This document shows, in pieces, positions 38,034 through 64,000 of a stretch of 64,000 nucleotides of DNA. The stretch is from contig NC_073398.1 in the NCBI RefSeq assembly GCF_028641065.1, forward strand, positions 28,582,001 to 28,646,000. The letters are read 5' to 3'. The translations under genes were made by a program, and so were the position numbers. Source of the stretch: Leucoraja erinacea. Taxonomy: Eukaryota. Position 1 is the stretch's first letter. Each line of letters starts with the position of its first letter. The notes under the pieces were generated by a model that saw only the letters and a list, made by a program, of their open reading frames with translations, was not told the DNA's origin and did not search any database.

Positions 38034-38477
38034 ACATTCTGCACCGGTCTTGGTGAATTTGCTCAACAATTGAAGATGGGATGCTAAGTCTTAACGACTC
38101 AACATAAAGATCTCCCACACTTTAGTCTGATTTCTGGTAAACTAATATTAATGGACCCGCTCGAAAATTACAAAGAACTACAGATGCTGGTTAATGAACA
38201 AAATGACATAAAGTGCTGGAGTAACTAACTCAGCAAGTCGTGCAGCATCTCTGGAGAACCTGGAGAGGTGACATTTGGGGTTGAGACCCTTCATCCCGTC
38301 CCGACATGTCAGCTACACATATTCTCCAGAGATGCTGCCTGACCCGCTGAGTTAACTCCAGCGCTTTGTGGCCACTTGGAAGTTACTCCGCCACTGGGCC
38401 ACACAAACTTACCCCACAAAACCTCCATGAACACAAACGGCCACCAGCAAAGCAGAGAAAACCAAAAGTTTCCCCAT
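24630..38477 (-). CDS. CPA2: Pancreatic procarboxypeptidase A2-type (M14A), complete, 11 exons, 418 aa
   Basis: complement(join(24630..24814,26635..26719,27643..27842,29757..29847,31774..31884,32349..32450,33604..33705,35150..35248,36057..36191,36813..36894,38413..38477)) = 1257 nt. Has signal peptide [14 protein letters not shown], zinc motif HARE, RKTR, NRN, IHSY and catalytic FELR. CPA2-type features: GGSID, SFAFE, and the extra Cys pair in GYKC/GSIC. Confidence 0.88.
25242..25750 (-). mobile_element. Gypsy LTR retrotransposon 3' remnant: integrase C-terminus, polypurine tract, 3' LTR (25242..25458)
   Basis: [11 protein letters not shown]...RTRAGR; [17 protein letters not shown]; LTR TGTGGCGG...AATAAA...CACAACA. 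Confidence 0.85.
26635..26719 (-). CDS. CPA2: CPA2 exon 10 ([22 protein letters not shown])
   Basis: 85 nt. Confidence 0.92.
26888..27174 (-). mobile_element. Solo LTR (Gypsy-like) in a CPA2 intron
   Basis: TGTAGCGGCA...TGACGCCACA imperfect inverted termini; internal AATAAA; flanks ATAT/AAAT. Confidence 0.7.
27643..27842 (-). CDS. CPA2: CPA2 exon 9 ([11 protein letters not shown]...[12 protein letters not shown])
   Basis: 200 nt; H196. Confidence 0.92.
28535..28915 (+). mobile_element. Old CR1 3' fragment
   Basis: LIEVYNI.RGI; gtggtgagtgcctggaatgcactgcca; gggctgaagggcctg tail. Confidence 0.7.
29757..29847 (-). CDS. CPA2: CPA2 exon 8 ([24 protein letters not shown])
   Basis: 91 nt. Confidence 0.92.
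30694..31517 (+). mobile_element. Non-autonomous ISL2EU-type element with two inverted THAP-exon remnants
   Basis: Both ends are homologous to the two ends of 40808..45611. Plus strand reads [29 protein letters not shown]; a second THAP copy lies on minus at ~31190-31375. Confidence 0.85.
31774..31884 (-). CDS. CPA2: CPA2 exon 7 (IASDYG...[11 protein letters not shown])
   Basis: 111 nt. Confidence 0.92.
32349..32450 (-). CDS. CPA2: CPA2 exon 6 ([19 protein letters not shown]..)
   Basis: 102 nt; zinc ligands H69/E72; AAG acceptor. Confidence 0.92.
32610..32894 (+). mobile_element. tRNA-derived SINE
   Basis: B-box GAGTTCGACT, conserved body. Confidence 0.75.
32905..33412 (+). mobile_element. 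CR1/HER LINE 3' fragment (young copy)
   Basis: [26 protein letters not shown]; near-identical to 1507..2008. Confidence 0.9.
33604..33705 (-). CDS. CPA2: CPA2 exon 5 (IYTWMDDLV...[14 protein letters not shown])
   Basis: 102 nt. Confidence 0.9.
34110..34386 (+). mobile_element. tRNA-derived SINE
   Basis: GGTTCGATCC B-box, conserved body and tail. Confidence 0.75.
35150..35248 (-). CDS. CPA2: CPA2 exon 4 (VLIESEK...[11 protein letters not shown])
   Basis: 99 nt. Confidence 0.9.
35660..35997 (+). mobile_element. CR1 3' fragment
   Basis: ttcccgatgttgggg...gtggaattct...(TATTGTC)n tail. Confidence 0.85.
36057..36191 (-). CDS. CPA2: CPA2 exon 3 (LDIWRSP...DVRVP...MIEDLQ)
   Basis: 135 nt, activation peptide. 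Confidence 0.9.
36813..36894 (-). CDS. CPA2: CPA2 exon 2 ([13 protein letters not shown]...HLQ)
   Basis: 82 nt, GT-AG. Confidence 0.9.
37233..37260 (-). ncRNA. Minimal type I hammerhead ribozyme motif (Penelope-type)
   Basis: Minus strand ggu-CUGAAGA-AUGGUCUCGACCC-GAAACGUC-acc; stem I ggu/acc. Confidence 0.55.
37478..37920 (-). mobile_element. tRNA-derived SINE with an internal insertion (~37575-37720)
   Basis: (GTTTA)n tail and body in reverse. Confidence 0.7.
38413..38477 (-). CDS. CPA2: CPA2 exon 1 (signal peptide [22 protein letters not shown])
   Basis: cacc ATG G Kozak context; gg|gtaagt; 65 nt. Confidence 0.9.
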
Positions 38478-38509
38478 GGTGAAGTCTTGCAGACAGACCC
38501 AATGTCCTG

Positions 38510-38605
38510 TCGGTATATAAAGGGCGAGAGGCGCGGGGGCGGCCGCCTGGCTCGGAGATTAATGACTGACATTAATTTGCAGAAAGGTGGAATAATTCCC
38601 ACACA
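38510..38605 (-). promoter_or_regulatory. CPA2 core promoter (TATA-like box; possible RBPJ/TC-box)
   Basis: TTTATATA on minus at 38514-38521, ~37 nt upstream of the ATG; TTCCCAC near 38595-38601. Confidence 0.5.
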
Positions 38606-39617
38606 AAATAATTTTCCTGTATTATTTTCCAGAAGCATCTTAATCATTGAGAGCAGAAATATGCATCAGCATAATCACTTGATGACGCTCGAATTCATTG
38701 GACACTTACCAGAATACAATTTATGCAATTGTCCTTGTAAATTAACCCTTTAAGCCTCAGTATCATTTTGCACTGCCTGCACTGCGCCGCTCCAAGGCTG
38801 CAGTTTCCTCATTTTTGAATTAGTCACAACATACTTCAGTAGATAGAAGCTGGAAGTTACAACGTGAAGTAGAGAGACTCGTTTGCGTTTCCCAGTTTCC
38901 CCAGACCCAATGTGAGTTTTAGAATCAACAAATGATGCATCTGGACTCACAAACGATTTGACCAACCGCTCCTGTTTCACGATCTCCACCGCAGTTTGGA
39001 CCTTTGTAATTCCATGGAGTCACATAGAGCACAGAACCCGGCTATTTAACCCAACCTGCCCATGCCGACCAAGATGTCCCATCTACACGAGCATCCCTCT
39101 AAATCTTTGCTATCCACGTACCTGTCCAGATGTCTTTTAAATATTAGACACACAATGCTGGAGTATCTCAGCAGATCAGGTAGTATTTCTGACGAAAATG
39201 GATGTGACATTTCGGGATGGGGACCGTCATTTAAACGTTATTATAGTACCTCAACTACCTTCTCTTACAGCTTGTTACATATACCCACCACCATATGTGT
39301 TGCCCCCCAGGTTCCTATTACATGTTCCCTTCTCACAAACCTATGTCCTTTGTTTCTTGACCCCCCCCCCCCCCCCCCCCCCCCCCCCCTACTTCCATTT
39401 AAAGATTTTTTGAATTATTAGAATCTTAATTCTTAAGCAGTCATGGTAGGTTGAAACTCAGCCTTCAATCAATTGTACCTACCCTGTCGAAAATATCCTG
39501 ACCGGTTGAACCATAGCCTGTTACGGCAATCAAACGCATGGAAGCTTTAGATACTGCTGGACTTGGCCTAGTCCACGATGGGCATTGCCCTCCATGTAAT
39601 TGAAGGGAGCTATCTAA

Positions 39618-40400
39618 GTTCATAAGTTCTAGGAGTCGAATTAGTCCATTCGGCTTATCAAGTCTACTCCGCCATTCAATCATGGCTGATTTATCTTTCC
39701 CTCTCAACCCCATTCTCCTGCCTTTGCCCCATAACCCCTGATACCTGTACTAATCAAGAATCTGTCAATCTCCACCTTAAAAATATCCATTGACTTGGCC
39801 TTTCTTCTCATCAGCTTTCTAAAGGTACATCCTTTTATTCAGAGGCTAATGTTTCTGGTCCGAGACTCTCCTTGGTTCTTAGTTTCTTGGTCCTCCAAAA
39901 TATTCCAAATGGAATTTAAACTGGAGGTGGTACCCCATCTCCCCACACACCTCTCTCCCCCCCCCATCACTCTCTCCTCCCCCTCTCCATCTCCCTCTCT
40001 TCAACCCTCTCCCTCTCCTCCCCCTCCTCCTCCCACCCCCATCCCTCTCTCCCCCACCCCCTTCCCCTCTCCCTCTGCCCCTTCCCCCTACCCCTGTGTC
40101 CCTCTTCCACCTCTCTCCTCCTACCCCTCCCTCCCCACTCTCTCCCCCTCTCTCCCCCCCCCACCCCTCTCCTCCTCCTCTCCACACTCTTCCCCCTCCC
40201 TCCCCTATCCCATCTCCCTCCTCCCCCTCCCTCCCCCATCCCAACTAGTGGAAACATCCTCTATACATTCACTCTATCCAAGGCTTTCACTATTCGGTAA
40301 GATTTGATGAGGTGCCCCCTCATCCTTCTAAATTCTAGTAAATACAGGCCCAGCGCCTACAAATGGTCATCATATGTTAACCCAATCATTCCTGGGATCT
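39618..40400 (-). mobile_element. CR1 fragment interrupted by a LINE 3' tail and a C/T-rich tract
   Basis: CR1 3' UTR and RT end split at gactctc|...|actagtggaaac. Confidence 0.75.
39935..40242. repeat. Polypyrimidine low-complexity tract
   Basis: Almost only C/T over ~300 bp. Confidence 0.9.
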
Positions 40401-40908
40401 ACATGAGGTACTGCATCATGAAGGTTGCATATATCATCAAGCATCCTCGCAATTTGGCCAAAGCCTTCATCATGACAGTATCATCAGGCAGGAGATGCAG
40501 AAGCCTGAAGTCCCCCACCACCAGGCTCAGAAACAAGTTCTCTCCAGAACTATTGGTTTGTTGAACCTTCCTGCAGAACACTAGTCCTACTTCAGCAAGG
40601 AAATACTACAGGCCTCTTGCACTACCACAAACTTTTCTAATTATGCTTTTTCTCAAATGTTTTCTTTACCACAATCTTCTGCTTTTTACCATCTTGGCTA
40701 ATTTATGTCTGATTCATGTTTTTTTGTGTTGACAGAGTCTATGTGCCTGTGATGTTGCTGCAAGGACATTTTCATCATACCTGTACCTCACTTGTGCATA
40801 TGATAATAGGGCCCTTGCACGGCAGGCGAGGTCACGACCCCTGAATCGTACTGTTGCCATGCAACGCCTTCTGGAGTACAAGCGGTGAACTTCAGGTAAG
40901 CACTTCCT

Positions 40909-43291
40909 ATGGCTGCCATTACAGCGGGCCCGTCTTCTGTCCCGGCATCCGCAGTATGCTTCCAATCTAGCAACTGAGGAGTATGCACGATATGTCCAAA
41001 AAGTCTCCTTGATTGGTATTAAACCTTACTTAGTGCCTGAAGCTGAGAAATCCCGTGACATCTCCCAACTACCAGAACTGAATTCCATGGACATCATGGC
41101 CTATCTCATCTCAACACCCAGTTCATACACAGCAAATAATTTCCAGGAGTATAAGTCATCGGAGGCTTATACTCCTGGAAATGGTTGGTTACATGACACT
41201 AGTGTATATATCCCAAATCTTGTCCACACTTACGAGTGGTGTGTGGAAAAGTAAGTTTTCTATCATTTGTTTTGCTATTACTTATTGGAAGCTATTTTAA
41301 CACTTTCTTTCTTTCTTTTCAATTATCCTCGTACTATAGGTTCCTCACTCGCAAGCTGTAGGCGTGACTTCTAGGTCATTGCTGCCGTGGGTTATTGGGA
41401 CAAATGGCCAGATTTGCAGTGCCCGCTGTGATTGCTCGGCAAAGTTTGTACCCATGTAGCAATGCTTCTCTTTGGTATTGACGCTGGAGTACGGATTCGT
41501 GAGAAAACAACAGTCACCCAGGTCAAAGCATATTGGATGGAGCCAACAAGAAAGCAAGTTAAAGCTGCGCCTGTCAGCAAAGTTGACTTCTCTTCAGCAG
41601 CAGGGGAAATGATGGCTTGATGCTGCCATAGATGGGACAGAGCCGAAACAGCAACAAACAAGAGATGAAGCTCCAACAGTGGCATCCGCTTCTTGTCCAA
41701 CATGGGAGCTGCTGCAGGACAAGCAATGAGTGAACTTTTGTTGGGCCTGTCCCTGGCCACAACAAAATCGACCATAATTAGCTCTATTGACCCTTATGCA
41801 GCAAGATTTGTTCCTTCCGAGACTGTTAAAAAAGAATTTCCACCCATTCTTACAGACTTAAAGGACAAAGACACATTCAGCTTAACATATGCTGATCGGC
41901 TAAAGAGGTGTGATATTGATTATTGTTACAGAGGAGGGGGCAAAGAATGTGGAGGCACACACTCGTCAGCAAGCCAAATCAAATATCTGGTTTTGGTATC
42001 GGGCAGGCCGCATTACAGCATTAAAACTGAAAAGTGCTTGCAGGACAAATGCAGGTGCTCCTTGGTTCTTGGTTTCTTGGTCCTCCAAAATATTCCAAAT
42101 GGAATTTAAACTGGAGGTGGTGGACGGAGAACTTAAGCCAGAAAGGGTTATTGGGAAGCTACTTTAAATTTAGATGCATCTGGTTGGGTAACTATAGTAG
42201 GGTGGAGATTATTCCATGCTTTAATTGTGCGGGGGAAGAACGAATTGCTGTACACATCTGTCTTTGTAGCTGGAATCACAAATTGGATTGAATGCCCTCG
42301 TCTGCTCCTAATTGGTTTGGGTTTGGTGTAGGTCTTGTAATCTATGTCGAGCTGACCATTTAAGATTTTGTAAAAACAGGTCAAACGGTGAGCTTCACGT
42401 CTGTCTTGGAGAGGGTTCCACCCCAGAGAATTCAGAAGTTTGGTAACACTTGCTTCTCTCTCATAGGTGTTAGTAACAAATCCTGCAATTAGTCTGATTA
42501 AATCGGAGTGCTCCTCCGATCTGTTCAGATTAAGCACCGAGGCAACAAGATGGGGCTGTGATCATGAACAGCAAGCAAGACAAGCTTATGACGATTATAT
42601 GCTGTACTGAACACTCCGGTTTCATAGTGACTCAGGACTGACCATAAACCGCAAGTACCCTCATTTGGGTGCAACACCGGATGGACTGGTTCAGTGTGCT
42701 AAGCATTGTTGCGGGGATGATGTTTTGATGTTTGTGAAACTAAATGTCCGTTCTGTAAGAAGGACATGTCTTTAATGTACACTGCAGAGGACAAACAGTT
42801 TTGTCTTCATGATGTGAATGGTGAGTTTCATCTGTCCAATGAGCATGCTTACTACTACCAGGTCCAAGCCCAAATATTTGTCTCGGAGAGACCGTTTTGC
42901 GATTTTGTGGTATGGACCAGTGATGACATCCGCCCCATACAGAGCATATAATGGGTAATCATACTTTTTGGACAGATGCTGTAGCTGCTGCCATTCACTT
43001 CTTCAATTTAGGTGTGTTACCAGAGCTTGTTGGTGAGCATTTTACCAGCCCTCCCAAAAATATGTCAAAGAATGTCATGGAGACCGATGACCAGGATAAA
43101 CAAAAAGTGGTGCTACTGTCAGGAGGGGGAAAGCGGGAAAATGATCATGTGATAACCCAAAGTGTTTTATTTTGTGGTTTCATTTTGAATGCCTGAAATT
43201 GCTGGAAAATTATGAGACACCAAAAAAATGGTTTTGCCCAGATTGTAGGCTCCTCCCAAAATTACAAAAAAAAGTTCCCAAAAAGAAATGA
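40909..43291 (+). pseudogene. Decayed ISL2EU second gene: SWIM zinc finger + YqaJ/lambda-type exonuclease + ING-like PHD finger
   Basis: CDC..CTHVA; TRQQ...W...RAGRITA; WGCDHE; SGL..HLGATPDG; ETKCP; YYYQVQAQ; WCYC..GKMI.CDN..C..WFHFEC..KWFCPDC. Intron 41251..41339, several frameshifts and stops, and a LINE insertion. Confidence 0.85.
42063..42480 (-). mobile_element. LINE 3' fragment (L2/Crack/Daphne-like) inserted in the YqaJ gene
   Basis: SVTKLLNSLGWNPLQDRR..RL..FYKI...SFFPRTIKAWNNL; TCCT duplicated on both sides; removing it restores RTNAGAP-AISLIK. Confidence 0.8.
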
Positions 43292-43607
43292 ACTGCAACT
43301 GTTGTGCTGAACAGGTTTCTCATAAATACCAAGTCCAGCATTTATATACCAAGTTAGCCTTGCACTGCATAAAACCACATAGAAGGACATTTTGTGGTCA
43401 TTTTCACACAACAGTCTCTTTTTCAAACTGTTAAATTTAAGTTTAATGCTAAAGATTTTGAAGTGCACTTTAACTTCTGTGTTTGTTATTCAATGATTTG
43501 ACAATTACTTACAATTTCATCCATAATAAATGCTCATGAGCCAAGTAACTTTTTTGAGAATTTTTATTGTTCGTATATGCCCCATACGAAAGCAAAACTA
43601 TCTGCCC

Positions 43608-45452
43608 CTACTGTGAAACTATGGCTGCATTTAAGTTGAAAAGTGCACAACAGATCCTTGCAATTTTATCAATTTTGGGTGCTTGAATTTCAGCGTTGGT
43701 CATCATGTACTCCAGTGGTACAGTATTACTTAGAATTCGGTATTTTTGCCTGACACCACCAATCACACGCTTTACGTGAATGCGTAAATGTGCAAATTCA
43801 CGAGATTTTTCCACATCCAGCGCAGATAGTTCTGCTTTCCCACTTGTAATTGCAAGGATTTCTGCTTCACAACCGTAAAATCCGGCACAATCTTTCATGT
43901 CAAAACCGCGATCAGCAAAAATGACATCTCCAGGGAGCAGGTGGTCAAAAAAGTTAGATGAAAGTGTAATTGTATTATCTGTGCCGCTGTCCTCCAATGC
44001 CGCAGATACAAATGAAATAGCACCACTTGGTGCTATACCTAATACAAATTTGATGGTGTTATGGTGTTTATAGTTCAACAAAGTCTGGGTGCGCGCATCT
44101 AAACTTGTAGGTCTATCACAAAATACTTCAAAGCAATCTATAATCACTGCCACACGCTTTCCTAATGTCTGCCGAAATTGCATGGGCATGGTCTTCCACA
44201 GAACCTCTCTTTCGGGCCAAGCAATTAACTTGGATATGCCGTAAAGGGCATCAAGCCCAGTATTGAACACGCGTGATATTGTGGATTCACTAACAAAGAA
44301 TCGATACGCAAGATCTTCATGAGTCACTGCAAGTCGGAGCTTCATCAAGATGATCAGCAACTGCTGAAAATATGTTAGTGAATGTCTAGTGGGGAGCTTG
44401 TCCTGAACATAATTGAAGACCACCATCAAAATGGTAAACGTTGGTAAACCCGTGTAGTACTCAACCTTTTTGTCGTCCTTGGAAAAGCTTTCTTGTGAAA
44501 ACTTAATTTGGTCTGCTTCTTGCCTTGCTTTAGCGAGGTCTTTATTGTTGCTGGCTGCTTGTGCTTCCAGTACTGTTATGTCTGCTGCACACATTTCTGT
44601 TTGTGTTGATGTGTCCATTGTTTCTTTGACTGGTGTTTGTGTTTCCATGTCAAGTTCATGGTGTACTTGCAGCTCCGGTTCAAAGTTTTCATAATCATTA
44701 ACCTGTTCGACTTCATCTTGCAGAGCTACCTGTTCAACTTCATCTTGCAGAGCTACGAGTGCCTGAGCTGAGATCAAATCGGCCTTCGTACACTCTCTTT
44801 TTGTTGAACTAGTATGGCGGTCTTTACGTTTAACGTTACGTCCCATATTCACAGTTGGTGCCCAATCAGGATTGGTAACATTGTTCCATGCTGCAGGTTG
44901 TTCTGTAATGCAGAAATAACTAAACAAATAATTGTGTAGGCATTAAACAAAAATGTATATTTTGGCAAATAATAAAATGTCCTGACAGCTTAAACACTCA
45001 CTCCTTTCAAAGATATTGCCAATTTACTGAGTTGGATTATGTCCAATTAACAGCTAACAATTATGCCATTCCTTGTATCTGGGTGAAAAGTAATTCAAAC
45101 CCACGTATGGTTTGCGATTTTCTAATGATAAATTTAGCTTCAGAAGCGTTTTCTTTTTGCATGCATTTATCACTTCTAAAACTTTTTAGATACCAAAGGA
45201 ATCAAGAATAAAAAACATAAAGAATGCCTTACTATTGATGAAATGCAGACAGCAAACGCGATAATTCGCAATTTTTTCAATCTTGATATCTGTACGGCCA
45301 ATGTTCGCTAACCACTTTAGCTGTTGTTGTCCCTTCACCTCTCGTTTCTCTTTACCATCATTTCTCCTCACTTTCGGAATTCTGAAGTACGATAAATGTC
45401 TCTCGCGGTCACCCCTATTGGCACAATTTAATACAGCGCAGAAATTGACCAT
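43608..45452 (-). CDS. THAP-HTH-DDE_Tnp_4 transposase, 2 exons, 504 aa, catalytic E->K
   Basis: complement(join(43608..44902,45233..45452)); donor A|gtaagg, acceptor ttacag|. THAP C-C-W-CxxH plus PDWAPT; YYTGLP; LMKLRL..DLAYRF.VSESTISR (HTH); IIDCFE; YKHHNTIK; ADRGF; RIHVKRVIG. Confidence 0.85.
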
Positions 45453-45754
45453 TTTAGTGGGTTTTTTACCAACTGAGAAAGTTGGTGTTGCGTGTGTTAG
45501 CAGTGTAAGCCGGAAGCTGCCTTGTACCCCAGAAGGCGTGAGCGACTCCGTGCGTCACGTCCTTTGACCTGATGACCTTCCGTGCAACCTCCCCCCTCTC
45601 CCTCCCTCCCTATACACAAATACTAAACATTAAAACACGTGCAAAGGGGATAAACCTGATAGACGGCACTAAAATTCCCTCAAGGCCGAGCCAACCCCGT
45701 GGATCAGGTTGTGGTGTTGATGTTGACAGTCAGTGGGGCCTAGTCTGGTCCAGC

Positions 45755-45815
45755 CTGGCCTGGTCTGGTCTGGTCTGGTCTGGTCTGGTCTGGTCTAGTC
45801 TAGTCTAGTCTAGTC
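45755..45815. repeat. (CTGGT)n/(CTAGT)n pentanucleotide microsatellite
   Basis: Direct reading. Confidence 0.9.
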
Positions 45816-45824
45816 TGGGCTCCT

Positions 45825-46165
45825 GTAGCCACGGCTCGGTCCTGCTTGCGCTCGCGGGTTATTGTCGCTGTTGCCTAGCGACACCAAGATGACAAATGCT
45901 GTTATAAACTGTTTCCTTCTGTTGATGTGCCTTTGTGTGGTGATTAATGGGGGAATGAAAGGTCAGATGGTGTTATCCCCGGGTATATTGACCCCCCCCC
46001 CCCCGGTTGACCCCGGGCCCCGCCCACGTCACGGCTCAACTTTCCCGCCTCTGTTCAAACACGCCCGGCCGACGTCTGCGGAAGTGCTCTTTACGTCCGG
46101 TGACGGCGGCGGTGGCGGCGGACTGGGTGTGAGTGGAGGGGTCACGTCGGTGAGCGGACAGGTGA
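45825..46165 (+). promoter_or_regulatory. TMEM209 CpG-island promoter and non-coding first exon
   Basis: CpG-rich; X-box GTTGCCTAGCGAC 45870-45882; E2F-like TTTCCCGC 46041-46048; ETS GCGGAAGTG ~46078-46086; donor CAG|GTGAGT at 46161/46162. Confidence 0.7.
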
Positions 46166-46204
46166 GTGGAACCAAAGATCAAATAGCAGATGTAGGATCT
46201 TTGA

Positions 46205-46500
46205 GTGGGGGAGAGGGAGAGGGAGAGGGAGGAGGGGAGGTGACGGGGGAGAGGGAGACAGGGGAAAGGAGGAAGGGGAAAAAGTGGGGAGGGTAGAGGG
46301 AGAGAGGAGGAAGAGGAGGGGAGGGGAGAGAGAGGGGGAGAGAGGGAGGGAAGAGAGGGGGGAGGGGGAAGAGAGAGGGGGAGGAGGGAGAGTGGGGGGA
46401 GAGAGGGGAAGGGCAGAGGAGGGCGGAGGGAGAGAGAGAGATCGAAGGAAGAGGAGAGGGCGGAAGGAGGGAAGAGTGATTAAGGTCAAGGAAGAGGGGA
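46205..46500. repeat. Polypurine (G/A) tract in TMEM209 intron 1
   Basis: Almost only G/A. Confidence 0.9.
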
Positions 46501-46796
46501 AGATGCCTACACCTGTGAATATCTTTTGGGCAGATACATAAAGAGATGAATTCTTGGTGAGCGAGGGGATGGACGGTTAGTGAAAGGCAGAATGAAGGTT
46601 GGATCAGCCGGCTGGGCTAAGCGACTTCCCACTAATTCACATGTGGTGCAACTGAAAGGCCCTGAGATTGGCAGTGAGTGCAGTTCCTGGGCTTTGCAGA
46701 GTTTGGTTGCTTGAGGTGTATTGTATCCAAAACACTCTTGACGTGAACTAGAAAGTTGAAAAATGTCATAACTGGTTCTGCTCAAATTGGTGGTAG

Positions 46797-63739
<16,943 letters not shown>

Positions 63740-64000
63740 TGAACTCTGGTACTGTGAAAGAAACAACGTTGATATATTCTTTCCCCTACTTGCGTCTTTG
63801 AAGATGTCGTATTTCTCCCAACAAAATATGGTTGTTATGAAAATTACCACAAACATCATTCTGGGAATGCAGGTAAAGGAGTGAGGAGGGATCTTGGGTT
63901 AGCAGACCGCTCAATATTGCACTGAAGTGTCAGCCTGGATTATGTGAGTTTGTACTGTGCGATTTGATACTGTGAATTGCAATTCACTATCATATAATCT

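Larger units (their letters stand above)
40808..45611. mobile_element. ISL2EU-type (PIF/Harbinger-related) DNA transposon, full length, two convergent genes
   Basis: Boundaries AT|AGGG ... CCCT|AT. Imperfect TIRs (TTGCACGG(C/A)AGG..AGGTCA) with a shared subterminal ACGCCTTCTGG(A/G)GTACAAG. THAP-DDE on minus; SWIM-YqaJ-PHD on plus. Confidence 0.85.

Noticed and set aside
39795-40307. Pro/Ser-rich and Gly/Glu-rich ORFs (also 46142..46541 and 37673..38118)
   Set aside because: Artefacts of C/T or G/A low-complexity tracts and homopolymers.
63755-63872. Possible next TMEM209 exon (ERNNVDIF...Q|gtaaag)
   Set aside because: Only RNN resembles the expected GRNNMFHTLLMFLY exon; there is no fitting acceptor or further similarity, so the true exon is probably beyond the window.

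Overview
Vertebrate genomic DNA, most likely a cartilaginous fish (skate/ray-like, inferred from HE1/V-type tRNA SINEs, HER/CR1 LINEs and Penelope-type repeats). I reconstructed four host genes exon by exon from splice sites and reading phase. These are the last 8 coding exons of STRIP2 (+), SMKR1 (+), a complete 11-exon pancreatic procarboxypeptidase of CPA2 type (-, 418 aa), and 12 coding exons of TMEM209 (+, runs off the window, one GC-AG intron). Between CPA2 and TMEM209 lies a ~4.8 kb ISL2EU-type (PIF/Harbinger-related) DNA transposon. Its spliced THAP-HTH-DDE transposase ORF is intact (504 aa), but the catalytic Glu is replaced by Lys. Its convergent second gene (SWIM finger + YqaJ/lambda-exonuclease + ING-like PHD finger) is decayed. 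The element abuts the TMEM209 promoter. A non-autonomous relative carrying an inverted duplication of the THAP exon sits in a CPA2 intron. About a dozen Penelope-type repeats carry minimal type I hammerhead ribozyme cores, often as inverted pairs. Also present are Gypsy LTRs, Rex/Babar and CR1 LINE fragments, two hairpins and one 130-N gap. All identifications come from reading the sequence and recalling known families; no searches were run.
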